This document shows, piece after piece, positions 43,780 to 52,769 of a stretch of DNA of 64,000 nucleotides. A program made the position numbers and the translations under genes. Position 1 is the stretch's first letter; each line of letters starts with the position of its first letter. Source of the DNA: Candidatus Parcubacteria bacterium (lineage in GTDB: Bacteria; Patescibacteriota; Minisyncoccia; Phycocordibacterales; UBA12088); the NCBI GenBank assembly GCA_003694545.1, contig RFKD01000051.1, forward strand, positions 4,505-68,504, read 5' to 3'. A model generated the notes under the pieces. It was not told the DNA's origin and made no database searches. It saw only the letters and a list, made by a program, of their open reading frames with translations.

Positions 43780-44910
43780 ATGAGAACAGTGCTTTCGCCC
43801 GTTGTTCGAAACGATATACTCCACCTTACGCGGCGCCTTGTCCAAATTCGATCTGTAGATGGCGATAGGAAGGCGCTCGAACAAGCCCTAGAAACTGCCG
43901 TGCAGACGCTTAAGTCAGTAGGTTTTACCATTGAGCGCTTTGTGAGCAACGGATATCCAAGCGTTTTGGCATATCCGACAACCCACCGCCCAAAGCGTTT
44001 CCGACTTTTGTTTAATGGACATCTGGATGTTGTTCCCGGGAAGGCGCATCAGTATCACCCAACGATAGCAGGCGGCAAGCTGTATGGGGTTGGCTCTATG
44101 GACATGAAGGCGAATGTTGCCGCTATGGTGCATGCTTTGCAGGGGTTTGCGCGTTCTCAGGTGCCTGTAGGAATTCAGTTGGTTACCGATGAACAAGTGG
44201 GAGGAGTGCACGGAACCCTCCATCAAATTCAAAAAGGGGTGCGGGCTGATTTTGTTATTGCGGGTGAGTCCACAAATCTCAACATAGCTCACGCCAGTAA
44301 AGGGATTCTGTGGCTCCAGCTACGCGCGCAAGGCAAATCAGCGCATGGCGCTTACCCTTGGCGAGGAAAGAACGCTCTGTTGTTGATCACGGAAGCGGTA
44401 CAATCTCTTATCCGAGAATTTGAAGAAGGTTTTCATGGCAGAGGATTGAATCATTGGGTCTCCACTTTAAATGTCGCGCGTATTGAGACCCCCAACACGG
44501 CGTATAACAAGGTTCCTGATGAAGCCTTCGCCTATTTAGATGTTCGTTTTATTCCCGAGGAGGGTCGGGGTAATGTGTTGGGTCGCGTTCGTCGCGCTCT
44601 TCCTTCGGGAGTACGGGTAACTCTTGTGATGGATGAACCCGCGATGTGGACCCCTGAGGATCTGCCTGATGTTATGTTGCTGCAACAAGTCACGCGACAA
44701 GTGGTAGGAAGGCGTCCTCGCTTATATCGAGCACAAGGATCTTCTGACGCGCGACATTTCGCACGTGTGGGGGGATTTGGTGTAGAATTCGGTCCTGTTG
44801 GAGGCGGACGGAATACGGATAGAGAATGGGTAGACATAGAAAGTGTATTTCGGTTCGCGGAGGTTCTTTCGCGCTACATCCAGGCGGTTATAGCAAACAA
44901 GGCTCACTAG
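43780..44910 (+). CDS. M20-family metallopeptidase (ArgE/DapE/succinyl-DAP desuccinylase-like)
   Basis: LLFNGHLDVVPG, GVGSMDMKANVAAMVHAL, and a dimerisation-domain insertion, in the M20 family. Confidence 0.85.
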   Translation: MRTVLSPVVRNDILHLTRRLVQIRSVDGDRKALEQALETAVQTLKSVGFTIERFVSNGYPSVLAYPTTHRPKRFRLLFNGHLDVVPGKAHQYHPTIAGGKLYGVGSMDMKANVAAMVHALQGFARSQVPVGIQLVTDEQVGGVHGTLHQIQKGVRADFVIAGESTNLNIAHASKGILWLQLRAQGKSAHGAYPWRGKNALLLITEAVQSLIREFEEGFHGRGLNHWVSTLNVARIETPNTAYNKVPDEAFAYLDVRFIPEEGRGNVLGRVRRALPSGVRVTLVMDEPAMWTPEDLPDVMLLQQVTRQVVGRRPRLYRAQGSSDARHFARVGGFGVEFGPVGGGRNTDREWVDIESVFRFAEVLSRYIQAVIANKAH

Positions 44911-45111
44911 GGGAAGCGCTGCGAGAAGCGAGGCTATTTCTGAAATAGTACGCCAGCTTATCGATAAGAAGTGTTGAGCGTTGCGTTTCTCCGGCGCAAA
45001 TTCCTTACCGAAGGATCATGAAAAGTAGCTAGATACCTCCCTGTACCCTCCGGAACTTTTTTCGTGAAGGGAGTTTGCTTATCACACCTAGTCTGCTAGG
45101 ATAGAGACTGT

Positions 45112-46236
45112 ATGTTGAACGGAAGCGCGCGGGCGATAGAAAGCGCTATTGCGCGATGGGGAGAAGGGGTTGGTTTGGATCTCTCTTTTGCCGTTTTTGG
45201 GCACACGCTTGCGGAGTATTTCGCGAGCGTGGTGGTGTTCGCGGCCGCGTTTGTTGCCTTTAAGGTTTTGCAATGGCTCGTTTTGCGCAAGGTAAAGGCG
45301 CTTGCCGAGCGCACGGCAACAGAGTTGGACGATACTTTCGTGAAGATGGTGGCAAGCTTCCGCCCGCCGTTTTACGCATTTTTGGCGTTTTGGCTTGCTG
45401 TGCAATACTTGGGGGCGCACGGCGTGTGGGCGAAAATCCTGACGGCGGTTGCGATCGTGTGGGCGGTTTATCAGGCGGTCATCACGCTTGGGATTCTCGT
45501 TGAAGATCTCCTCCTCAAAAAGATCGCGAAGGATAAGGATCCCAACACGCAAGCCGCGTTGCGCCTTCTGGCAAACTTCGGCAAGGGGGCGCTGTGGGGG
45601 CTTGGCATCGTTCTTTTGCTTGCCAATTTGGGCGTGGATGTTTCTTCCTTGCTTGCGGGGGTGGGGATTGGCGGTATTGCGATCGCGTTTGCCGTGCAGG
45701 GCATCCTTTCGGATCTTTTTAATTCCTTTTCCCTTTACTTCGACAAGCCGTTTGTCGTGGGCGATTTCATTGTCCTGCCCGACGGCAAGATGGGGACGGT
45801 CAAACACATTGGCTTGAAATCCACCCGCGTTACCTCGCTGACGGGGGAAGAGATTGTCGTTCCTAACTCCGTTCTGACAGGTTCTTCTATCCAAAATTTC
45901 AAGCGAATGCAGGAGCGCCGCATCACCTTTACACTTGGGGTGGGGTATCACACATCGGTGGACAAACTGCGGCGTGCCCTACAAGTCGTGCGCGAAGCCA
46001 TTGAAGCGCGTGATCAGGTGCGGTTCGATCGCGTGCACTTCAAGCAATTTGGCGACTTCGCGCTCATAATTGAGGCGGTGTATTACCTTCAAAACCCCGA
46101 CTACACCTTCTATATGGACACGCAGCAGGCAATTAATTTCGCTATCAAGGAAGCGTTTGAAAAAGAGGGGATTGCAATTGCGTTTCCCACGCAAACCGTT
46201 TATTTGCGTAAAGACGCTGGCGATTTATCTTCTTAA
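45112..46236 (+). CDS. MscS-family mechanosensitive ion channel
   Basis: TM helices followed by PFVVGDFIVLPDGKMGTVKHIGLKSTRVTSLTGEEIVVPNSVL (MscS beta-domain). Confidence 0.85.
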   Translation: MLNGSARAIESAIARWGEGVGLDLSFAVFGHTLAEYFASVVVFAAAFVAFKVLQWLVLRKVKALAERTATELDDTFVKMVASFRPPFYAFLAFWLAVQYLGAHGVWAKILTAVAIVWAVYQAVITLGILVEDLLLKKIAKDKDPNTQAALRLLANFGKGALWGLGIVLLLANLGVDVSSLLAGVGIGGIAIAFAVQGILSDLFNSFSLYFDKPFVVGDFIVLPDGKMGTVKHIGLKSTRVTSLTGEEIVVPNSVLTGSSIQNFKRMQERRITFTLGVGYHTSVDKLRRALQVVREAIEARDQVRFDRVHFKQFGDFALIIEAVYYLQNPDYTFYMDTQQAINFAIKEAFEKEGIAIAFPTQTVYLRKDAGDLSS

Positions 46237-46257
46237 AACCTCGCAAGGCGCGGTTTT

Positions 46258-47550
46258 CTAGCGTTCCTTGCGCAGAAGCGCTTCGCGCACTCGGGGTAAG
46301 ACGCCTTCACGAAACCATTCCTCGCGCTCATCGAGATCTCCCGCGAGCACCGCTTGGAGGCCCATCCCCGTTGCGTGCCGCAAGGACAGATCAACAGACG
46401 ACAACGAAAGAGCGTAAAGCACGCGATCGCCCGTTGAAGCGGCGGAGATTCCCCCTGTGGTGATGATTCCCGTGAGCGCGCCGCTTTCGAGAAACACGCC
46501 GCCTCCCGATGCTCCCTTTTGGGCGAGAATCACCCCTGGCAGGGAAAATATCGCCGCAATGGAAGGGTCGCTTGAAAAGGCATAGCGCTCCGCGACGGTT
46601 GCGATAGTGCTCACGGGATACAACGCCCGCTCAATGATTTCGGGGGAGTAAAACTCCACAGGATACGCCGCAACGAGCACCTCTTGTCCTTTTTGCGGGA
46701 TAGTCGGCAGCCACGGCGCGGCGGTGCGCGTTGTGAGGTCGGCGCCTGGAGCGGCGCTCTTGAGGCGCAAGAGGGCGTAATCATACTCGCCCGTGGAGAG
46801 ATAGGATTCACGGGTTGTTGCAATGGCGGCGTTTTCCTGTGCCCACGCAAGCGGCAAGAACAACAGCGACGCTTCGCCCAAGGGGCGCGCCGGGGCGCCT
46901 GAGCGCACCTCACAACGCACATCTCCAAACTCCGGCGTTCCGGAAAGCGCAAGCGGGTAGGCAATATGGGCATTGGTGAGGATTACGCCGCGCTGGTCGA
47001 TGAACACGCCAGATCCTGAAATAGATGAGACGAGGACGCCTTGCGTGGTGGTTGCCTGCCGTATACAGCGGATATTCACCAGAGACGAGCGTGCTTTTTG
47101 GTTGATGACGCTCCATTGGGCAGGGGGTTGTGGCTGGGAGGAGGGGGTGGAGACGGGTATGTTTGGCGTTGTTGTTGAGGTGGGCGCGCGGGAAGGTTGA
47201 TCGGAAGGCGGGCGCGCTTGCGCGCTTTTGCCGCCTCGGGCAGAAGCGGGGGAAGTTGTGGCTTGCGTTCGCGGCGCGGGCGCTGAGAGTTCGGGGGAAG
47301 CGTCTGGTTGCGGTTGCGGGGGTGTTTGATTCGAAGAGGAGGGGTGAGTTAGGAGGGTGGGCATTGCGTCTGCCGCGGTATCCTCGCGCGAAGCCTTGGC
47401 GGCTTCTTCTTGCGCATTGGCTGGCGCGTTGCCTTGCGTCTCTTGCCGCGTTTCCGGTTGCCCTATTCCCACAAAGCCGGCAAGGGCGGCGATAACGCCG
47501 AGAAACCACGCAATAATGGCTTGCGTCATAGCCGTTACCATAGCACACAC
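46258..47550 (-). CDS. S1-family (trypsin/HtrA-like) serine protease with N-terminal TM anchor and Pro/Thr/Ser-rich linker
   Basis: Catalytic motifs GSGVFIDQRGVILTNAHI (His), ...DYALL (Asp region), and GASGGGVFLESGALTGIIT (GDSGG-like Ser). No PDZ domain is evident. Confidence 0.8.
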   Translation of the reverse strand: MCAMVTAMTQAIIAWFLGVIAALAGFVGIGQPETRQETQGNAPANAQEEAAKASREDTAADAMPTLLTHPSSSNQTPPQPQPDASPELSAPAPRTQATTSPASARGGKSAQARPPSDQPSRAPTSTTTPNIPVSTPSSQPQPPAQWSVINQKARSSLVNIRCIRQATTTQGVLVSSISGSGVFIDQRGVILTNAHIAYPLALSGTPEFGDVRCEVRSGAPARPLGEASLLFLPLAWAQENAAIATTRESYLSTGEYDYALLRLKSAAPGADLTTRTAAPWLPTIPQKGQEVLVAAYPVEFYSPEIIERALYPVSTIATVAERYAFSSDPSIAAIFSLPGVILAQKGASGGGVFLESGALTGIITTGGISAASTGDRVLYALSLSSVDLSLRHATGMGLQAVLAGDLDEREEWFREGVLPRVREALLRKER

Positions 47551-47728
47551 GCCAGCCTTGCGGCGAGAAAGGGGTGATGGTATTTGTCAACTCTTGACAA
47601 AACTTAAAAATGTTTTATAGCTTGATTTTTTGACCTTCTGAGGCTACGATACAAATACCCCAAAAGGTCGTAAGTGGGTGGGTTTTGCAGACCCATTACC
47701 GGCATTATAGGCGTTAACGCTTTTTGCT

Positions 47729-47947
47729 ATGACAACGACAACTGATCTTGAACTCCTTACCACCCTCGTTGTTGCTGAGGAAGAGGAAGAAATTGATCCG
47801 GAAGAAGAGCCGACAGAAGACCCAGAGGAAGCTGCTGATGAGGGCGACCAGGAGGAGGAGGAAGAAGAAGCTCCTTCTTCTGAAGAGTTTGCTGAAGATG
47901 AGGGTAACCTCGAGGAGGAAGAAGATGGTGAAGAAGAGGACAACTAA
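47729..47947 (+). CDS. possible small, extremely acidic protein (Glu/Asp-rich)
   Basis: MTTTTDLELLTTLVVAEEEEEIDPEEEPTEDPEEAADEGDQEEEEEEAPSSEEFAEDEGNLEEEEDGEEEDN. Low-complexity sequence; coding status is uncertain. Confidence 0.3.
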   Translation: MTTTTDLELLTTLVVAEEEEEIDPEEEPTEDPEEAADEGDQEEEEEEAPSSEEFAEDEGNLEEEEDGEEEDN

Positions 47948-48096
47948 ACTACTTTCCCACCTCATTTGAAGGTTTTTGCACCACCCCCGCCTTTTAGGCG
48001 GGGGTGGTCTTTGGTTTGTTGATGGGAAAAGCGCTGGTGCAAAGCTTGGGGAGAAGGAAGCTGAAAAGGGAATGGGAAGAAGGGGCCGGCAGGCTT

Positions 48097-49215
48097 TTAC
48101 GCTTCTTTCTCATGCACGGCGCTTTCTAGCCGTTCGCGCAGAGAAGCCTTACGACTGCGCCGGTCCTTCAAGCGTGTGAGAGCGCGTAAGGCTAGCCAGA
48201 GGAAGGTTGCTGCGCCCAGAATAAGGATCGCCCAACCAATCCACGCCTGCCGGAGCACCGCCGCCGCGGCGCTGAGCGCCGCGGCGGCGGTGCGTCGCCA
48301 CCAGAGGGAGAAGGGCTCAGATTCACGAGAAGGCAGACCTTGGCGCTCTGCTTCCCACGCGCGCGCGAGCGCTTGGGCCTGCGTCTCAAGGCGTTGCGCC
48401 CCTTGCCGCGCGAGAGAATTCACACCCTCCGCGATAGGCGCCGCGCGTGATACCGCCGTACGAGCAAAGGAGCGCGCCGTCGCGCCGCTTATCGCTCGGT
48501 TGGAAGGCAAGAGATCCTCTCCGTCGACAACGCCGTCGCCGTCGGTATCGGCGTCAAGGGGGTTGGTGTCCTTGCGCGCCTCTTCCCCGTCGGTAAGTTT
48601 GTCGCCATCTGAATCAGCCTTGAGTGGGCTTGTGCCGCCCGCGAGCTCTTCGTTATCGGAAAGTCCATCACCATCTGTGTCGGGGTTGCGGGGATTGGTG
48701 CCAAGCTCTCGTTCTTGTTCGTCGGGAATGCCGTCATTGTCGTCGTCCGTATCTTGGTTGTCGCCAAAACGATCGTCATCAGTATCCCGGTCGACAATGA
48801 GAGTCATTGGGGGTGTAGTGGTCTCATTGTTTTCGGGAATCGGGAGGGGTGTTTTGCCGAGGATAGTTTTGCGGGCAACCCGAACGATCCGGACTTTCAG
48901 GGTGTAATCGCCTTCTTGCGCGGTCCATAACATTCTTGCGACAGCGCTTCCTTGAGGACCAAGTTCTACGGTTGTGGTCGCCACAACCGACTCATCAATA
49001 AAGACTGCCACCTCCGCCTCACGCGTTTCTTCGCTCGTGTTCCACAGGGGCACAAAGATTTTCACCTGCTCTCCCGCAAAAAACTCCGAAGGCTCGATCC
49101 ACAGTGGTCGGTTTATGATAGCAACAGGAGAGGCCGCAACGGCATATTCCCCGCCTGCCCACACGAGCCAAGCAAGCAGCGCGCTTCCCACGAAGAAGTT
49201 CCATTTGTCGCGCAT
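48097..49215 (-). CDS. membrane-anchored protein with thrombospondin type-3-like calcium-binding Asp-rich repeats
   Basis: N-terminal signal/TM, a beta-rich domain, then tandem D-x-D-x-D-G-x-x-D repeats (DTDDDRFGDNQDTDDDNDGIPDEQE, NPDTDGDGLSDNEE, DSDGDKLTDGEE, DADTDGDGVVDGED), and a C-terminal TM helix. Confidence 0.65.
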   Translation of the reverse strand: MRDKWNFFVGSALLAWLVWAGGEYAVAASPVAIINRPLWIEPSEFFAGEQVKIFVPLWNTSEETREAEVAVFIDESVVATTTVELGPQGSAVARMLWTAQEGDYTLKVRIVRVARKTILGKTPLPIPENNETTTPPMTLIVDRDTDDDRFGDNQDTDDDNDGIPDEQERELGTNPRNPDTDGDGLSDNEELAGGTSPLKADSDGDKLTDGEEARKDTNPLDADTDGDGVVDGEDLLPSNRAISGATARSFARTAVSRAAPIAEGVNSLARQGAQRLETQAQALARAWEAERQGLPSRESEPFSLWWRRTAAAALSAAAAVLRQAWIGWAILILGAATFLWLALRALTRLKDRRSRKASLRERLESAVHEKEA

Positions 49216-49382
49216 AGCGCTTTCACCTTACCATACGCGCGCCAGCGAGGTGTTTCCTGTGTGTGCCGCTTTGATGGCGCGCTTTAGAGCGTGGCCGTGA
49301 AGATCGGTAAACGGGAGATGTGTGCTCCTCTCCGCAACGCTCTTTGATGCTGACCGCGCAAGAGGAGAAAACAGAGTGCAAC

Positions 49383-51791
49383 CTATTGGAGAGAATAAAG
49401 ATATTCCAATGTGGCGCGAGCCACCACCTCGAGACTTTTGTCGCTACACCGATCGAGAGTGTCGTTTGTTGTATGGTGCGCGGGGAATCCGGCGTCAATA
49501 AGGAGGATGCTTGGAATGTCGGCTTGGTTGAGGGGTATGTGGTCATCTTGCACACTGGGTCCTATATTGTTTTGAAACACTGAACCATCCACCTTTTGCG
49601 CCACCGCCCAAAACGATTCCACCAAATCTTCGGCGTACCGAAGAGAAAATGGCTCCTTTTGTATGCGAATGTTTTTACCACATACCATATCGAGGACTAT
49701 TGCGCCCATTGGCTTTGTGTCCCCATATACTTCGTGTATATGTTCAGCAAAATACGTTGACCCCAAAGGCCGCCAATTACTGTAGTCACCGCGTTGGTTA
49801 ATGTCACCTTCTTCTCCATCAAAGAAAACCAGGTCAACACCAATTTTGGGCGTTACGGAGGCGTTGCTTACTACCCGCGCAAGCTCCAACAGAACTGCAA
49901 CTCCAGAAGCGGAATCGTTAGCTCCAGGCACCGGCTGATCAAACCTTGTCTTATCCTTGTCGGCGAAACGTTTACTGTCGTAGTGGGTTGCAATAATGAT
50001 GCGCCTGTTTTGCTCAGGGAAGAGGCGCCCAACAATGTTCGTTAAGGTGTACGTGTTACCGTCTGTGGCTGGGTACTCCCACGACTGCGCAATGACTTCG
50101 TCAGTATAGGTGCGCATTTCCGCCAACAAGGCTTTTTGCACACTTTTATGCCCTCGTGAACCCATATACCGAGGGCCATAGCGAAGCTGTTGGTCTATTA
50201 TTGCCAGCATTTCGTTGCCGTTGATGGAGTCGTGTTTACTTAATTGGCGCGCAAGCACTTCGGCCGTAAGATATTCAACGGGAGCATAATTATCGGTCAG
50301 GATTGGGTAAGGGCTTAATTCGTATCGTTCGAGATTAATAGTTTGTGAGGGCAGAGACCGTATTAGAGGATGTGCGCTTCTCGTAACCTCAACTGATTCC
50401 ATATCGACAATACGAATGCTGTTGTACCCAACGAAAATGATGTTTTGCGTGTGGGTGTTTTTGGGGGTTTCAACTGCGAAAAAATAACTATTCGGGAAGA
50501 CCTGTTGAAATGTCTTGATCTCAGAAAAGAGCAAAGACGGCTGCTGCCGTGACAAGTCTCCAATGATATTGGCAATAAATACACCGTTTGGAGCAAGCTT
50601 TTCCTTTGCAAGGCTAAAAAATTCGCGCGTTGTAAAATGCGCCGGGATGGAAAAGAGTGAAGAATATACATCGCTGAAAATTACATCGTATGTCTGGTTG
50701 GTGTCTCGAAGAAGATGGCGGCCATCTGTTATGTGGTTATGCAAGCGGGGTGTTCCCTTCACGCTGAAATATTGTTGCGCCAGGGGGTAGAGAGATGGCT
50801 CTATTTCTGCCACATCTACGATTACGTTCGGTAGTTCCGCCAACAGAGCCTTTGGTATGGAGTAAGCGCCTCCGCCTATCACCAGCGCGCTTCGGACATC
50901 CGGCTGAAAGAGTTTATAGAGCGCATAGTACTTTGTGTATTCATATGCTAAATCCGTGGGGTCGTTTGTATCAAGAAACATTGCGCCGGAAGAACTTCGA
51001 TCTTGTTGCAAAACCCGTACTGGCCTTCCCTGCTGCTGGCTGTCGTAGATTGTTATTTTTTCGTAAATGCCATCTTTGTGGTAGAGCGCGGCGCTGTAAG
51101 CTTGCGAGTTGATAAACATTGCGGCGCCGACGAGCACGATGACCACCAAGGCGGTTTTTGCAAGCAGGTTTTTGTTGTCACTGAACACTATAAGCGGGAT
51201 GAGACCAAGTGTACACAAGGTAATTCCAGTGGAAATAAAAATAAGATCCACGCCGAGTTTGGGAATAAGCACGAAGCCGGTAAGCAAACTCCCGCTGATA
51301 CTACCAAGCGTTGACCAGAAGAAAATGCTGCCAGAGACACTGCCGATACCTTGTGCGGGGGCGTAAGCGCTGTGGAGTTTTATCGCGTACGGCGACAAGA
51401 TTCCAAGTAGCAATGCGGGCAGAAAGAAAAGGAGCAAAGAGGCAACAAGAGGCCCGTTCACTGGCGATAGTGCTATGCCTAAGATGGGGAGAGTAAGAAC
51501 GCTCAGGAAGTGCACAGCCAACACTAGGACGCCGCTTGCGAGAATGATTCCGAAAAACCGTTGAGGGGAGGGGAGCCTATCAGCGAGGTTGCCTCCAATG
51601 TGGTACCCAACACTGAGGGCCGCAAGCACCACACTGATGACGCTGGAGACCGTGAAGATGGTATTGCCGTAGTATGGTGACAACGCGCGCACTGCCACAA
51701 TTTCAATAATTAAAACACACGCGCCTGTGACAAACACGACAAAGGGAAACAAGTTCTTTTTTATGCATTCATGCATATCGTGCGCTGGCAA
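49383..51791 (-). CDS. fusion protein: polytopic membrane domain + spermidine-synthase-like (class I SAM MTase fold) domain + M28-family peptidase domain
   Basis: About 7 N-terminal TM helices, then ALVIGGGAYSIPKALLAELPNVIVDVAEIEPS (SpeE-like), then IIATHYDSKRF...GANDSASGVAVLLELARV...VDLVFFDGEEGD (M28 zinc-ligand pattern). Confidence 0.7.
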   Translation of the reverse strand: MPAHDMHECIKKNLFPFVVFVTGACVLIIEIVAVRALSPYYGNTIFTVSSVISVVLAALSVGYHIGGNLADRLPSPQRFFGIILASGVLVLAVHFLSVLTLPILGIALSPVNGPLVASLLLFFLPALLLGILSPYAIKLHSAYAPAQGIGSVSGSIFFWSTLGSISGSLLTGFVLIPKLGVDLIFISTGITLCTLGLIPLIVFSDNKNLLAKTALVVIVLVGAAMFINSQAYSAALYHKDGIYEKITIYDSQQQGRPVRVLQQDRSSSGAMFLDTNDPTDLAYEYTKYYALYKLFQPDVRSALVIGGGAYSIPKALLAELPNVIVDVAEIEPSLYPLAQQYFSVKGTPRLHNHITDGRHLLRDTNQTYDVIFSDVYSSLFSIPAHFTTREFFSLAKEKLAPNGVFIANIIGDLSRQQPSLLFSEIKTFQQVFPNSYFFAVETPKNTHTQNIIFVGYNSIRIVDMESVEVTRSAHPLIRSLPSQTINLERYELSPYPILTDNYAPVEYLTAEVLARQLSKHDSINGNEMLAIIDQQLRYGPRYMGSRGHKSVQKALLAEMRTYTDEVIAQSWEYPATDGNTYTLTNIVGRLFPEQNRRIIIATHYDSKRFADKDKTRFDQPVPGANDSASGVAVLLELARVVSNASVTPKIGVDLVFFDGEEGDINQRGDYSNWRPLGSTYFAEHIHEVYGDTKPMGAIVLDMVCGKNIRIQKEPFSLRYAEDLVESFWAVAQKVDGSVFQNNIGPSVQDDHIPLNQADIPSILLIDAGFPAHHTTNDTLDRCSDKSLEVVARATLEYLYSLQ

Positions 51792-51914
51792 GTATACTCA
51801 AGACGGCGCTGCTTAGTCAGGCGCTTATGGTTGATTGTATCATTTATCTTTGCCGCAGTCTCTCGTTCTCCTGTTTCTCTCGCACTTCACAATACTTAGC
51901 AAGGCTTCGCCTTT

Positions 51915-52124
51915 CGCTCCTTGATTTTGTGCGGGTGGGGGGAATCGGTCACCAGTTCTAAGCAAATTCGCCGCCTCCGGCGTCTCATTTGCTAAGAACT
52001 CGCGACCCCGACCTCGGCGCCCGCCACGCTTCGCGTGGCGACTTCGTGGCGCCTCGGTTCGATTCCCCCACCGCGCTCCAAAATCATAGTCGCGCGACGC
52101 TTCGCCTCGCGCTCCTTGATTTTG
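51915..52124. repeat. tRNA-Gly-associated palindromic repeat element, copy 2 (homologous to 21188-21387)
   Basis: Flanked by an exact 33-bp direct repeat cgctccttgattttgtgcgggtggggggaatcg (51915-51947 and 52110-52142), which is the last 18 nt of tRNA-Gly(TCC) plus 15 nt of 3' flank. The interior shares CCAGTTCTAAGCAAATTC...ATTTGCTAAGAACT and the inverted GGTTCGATTCCCCCCACCGCGCTCCAAAATCATAG with copy 1. Confidence 0.65.
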
Positions 52125-52195
52125 TGCGGGTGGGGGGAATCGAACCCCCGACCTCAGCTTGGAAGGCTGATGTTTTACCACTAAACTACACCCGC
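52125..52195 (-). tRNA. tRNA-Gly (anticodon TCC)
   Basis: Reverse complement reads GCGGGTG TA GTTT AGTGGTA AAAC A TCAGC CTTCCAA GCTGA GGTC GGGGG TTCGATT CCCCC CACCCGC A. Confidence 0.9.
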
Positions 52196-52266
52196 GCTGT
52201 GCATACTATACCACAAACCCCCGCTTTTGCGGGGGTTTGTGGGAGTCACCGTGGACCTGCCGCGCC

Positions 52267-52548
52267 TTAGCGGCCTTGAGCCACGCGGTCTTTAAATCCC
52301 TTGGCTGGAGTGAATTTCGGCATTTTTGTTGCCGGAACTTGCACTGTTTCTCCGGTGCGCGGGTTGCGTGCCGTGCGCGCTTTACGCTCGCGTCGGCGGA
52401 AGGTGCCCAAACCGGCGATGGAAACTTCCTCGCCGCGGGCGACCGCCCCGACTACAGCGTCGACAACCGCTTCCACGGCGCGCTCCGCGTCTGCTCGGGT
52501 GCTCCCCAAAACATCCCGAACGCGGTCTACAATATCTTGCTTGTTCAT
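52267..52548 (-). CDS. hup: HU-family nucleoid-associated DNA-binding protein
   Basis: MNKQDIVDRVRDVLGSTRADAERAVEAVVDAVVGAVARGEEVSIAGLGTFRRRERKARTARNPRTGETVQVPATKMPKFTPAKGFKD, full-length HU/IHF fold. Confidence 0.9.
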   Translation of the reverse strand: MNKQDIVDRVRDVLGSTRADAERAVEAVVDAVVGAVARGEEVSIAGLGTFRRRERKARTARNPRTGETVQVPATKMPKFTPAKGFKDRVAQGR

Positions 52549-52769
52549 AGTGTCAATGCATTAGGTGTTCTGGTAATGTGATGCGCCTCCTTGTGAGGCC
52601 TGATAATACCGCAGGATATTGTAAATAAAGGCGTAAAAAAGCGCAATAGCCGGAGCTGCCCGGTATTTTAATTGACATATTATATATTTTGTGATTTGAA
52701 AACAGGTCGCTGCGCGCGAGATGTGCGTGACAAGGAGAGCAGGGGCGGGTTGCCAATACCCGACGATTT

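Noticed and set aside
52660-52700. TTGACA...TATTAT promoter upstream of pheA
   Set aside because: The -35 and -10-like hexamers are only 2 nt apart, so the spacing is wrong for sigma70.
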